Under the pieces are notes generated by a model. It searched no databases, was not told the DNA's origin, and was given only the letters and a program-made list of their open reading frames with translations. From contig JALDZS010000019.1 in NCBI GenBank assembly GCA_022813965.1, positions 124,001-188,000 of the forward strand: 64,000 bases of DNA, written 5' to 3'. Source of the DNA: Toensbergia leucococca (Eukaryota). A program made the position numbers and the translations under genes. Shown here one piece after another: positions 63,108 through 64,000 of the stretch. The stretch's first letter is position 1, and each line of letters starts with the position of its first letter.

Positions 63108-63821
63108 TTACTTAATCGCCTCGTCAAGATTTTTTCTTCCCATACCACGAATTTGTTCCTCATCCTCTTGCATAGCACACCAGACCCATGTCTCTTCCTG
63201 ACCAGAACGTTCAAGTAGCGTAAAACTACGGTAGAGATCGTCCATTTTTTGATCGACCAAACTCGCCGATATCTTCAGCTTGATTATTAGACCATTCCCG
63301 ATTTTACTCGCAGAGTCGATGCATATTTTCGCCAGGACGCGCATTGCGAGAAGAGCCTGTGCGACTTGATCGACCCACCATGCATTTGAAAGCTCAATCT
63401 CAATGCTCAATAGTGTCTGACATTTGAAAAGCTCTTGCAGTTGACTTTCCAGAGCGTAAAGCCCGTTCACATCCGTCCTTATAGACAAATCCTTGACTGC
63501 AGCCTTAGGCTTGTATTTCTCCCCCGACATTAGGGATATCTCCCACGACAGAAAGCGTTGAAGTGAGGGGGCTTCAATATGAAAGGAGTTACGATGGAAA
63601 AGAAGTTCATAAGCTTCTAATTCGATCTGAGGGTTTGACCATCCGGCGAACCTGTGATAGTACATGTGCTCACCACTAGATTGAGTCAGATCGATGGTGT
63701 CGTGGTTTTCGTCGATATAAATCTTGGAGGGTACGATGAAAGCTTCCCCATAGATCCTGTCCCGGAGTTCGCGTGGAAGAGCAATGAGAAGATGCAGCAG
63801 ATCGAGAGATTGACGGCCCAT
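63108..63821 (-). CDS. Uncharacterised protein with F-box-like/2EXR-like N-terminus (237 aa)
   Basis: LLIALPRELRDRIY N-terminal motif and EAYELLFHRNSF, both common in fungal hypothetical proteins. Confidence 0.65.
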   Translation of the reverse strand: MGRQSLDLLHLLIALPRELRDRIYGEAFIVPSKIYIDENHDTIDLTQSSGEHMYYHRFAGWSNPQIELEAYELLFHRNSFHIEAPSLQRFLSWEISLMSGEKYKPKAAVKDLSIRTDVNGLYALESQLQELFKCQTLLSIEIELSNAWWVDQVAQALLAMRVLAKICIDSASKIGNGLIIKLKISASLVDQKMDDLYRSFTLLERSGQEETWVWCAMQEDEEQIRGMGRKNLDEAIK

Positions 63822-64000
63822 TTTCGATGTTCCGTTGGATCTGAAATGGGCTCACTGTCTGTCCGTAGCGCATCAAATGATTGAAAAATCTAGGTTCTGA
63901 AAGACGATTTTGAATTAGATTGCTATCAGTCCTGGTCTGCTACGGTCAAGTCTCATATCAACCCGGTGAGAATTCCTCGATTTGCTCGCAGTGGGATCAT

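Overview
Gene-dense nuclear DNA from a filamentous ascomycete (Pezizomycotina). Evidence: short GT-AG introns with CTRAC/CTRAT branch points and a core eukaryotic gene set. A lichen-forming Lecanoromycete is plausible but is only an impression. There are 23 protein-coding genes. Recognisable ones are a GILT-like thiol reductase, KEI1, YPT6/Rab6, NOP53, REX4, a cyclopropane-fatty-acid-synthase-like methyltransferase, a kelch protein, CEF1, an atypical hexokinase, MET5, an FMO, an MDR dehydrogenase, an ALDH, RPO41, DCS1 and ULP1; the rest are uncharacterised. No tRNA, rRNA, intact transposon or CRISPR array was seen. The most unusual items are: (1) a 2154-aa secreted, GPI-type mucin built from several repeat modules, including ten 53-aa CxxC repeats I cannot assign to a family; (2) an intronless 733-aa unknown gene behind a CATG-dense, self-complementary upstream region; (3) a frame-preserving diverged duplicate of the FMO C-terminus just past its stop codon; (4) two adjacent orphan genes sharing a helix + TPR-like module; (5) a His-rich NGH-repeat insertion in the hexokinase-like protein; (6) a recurring C-rich to G-rich polarity along genes, plus long poly-G tracts; (7) a small spliced mitochondrial-type gene missed by the ORF track. 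All calls come from reading the sequence by eye; no searches were run.
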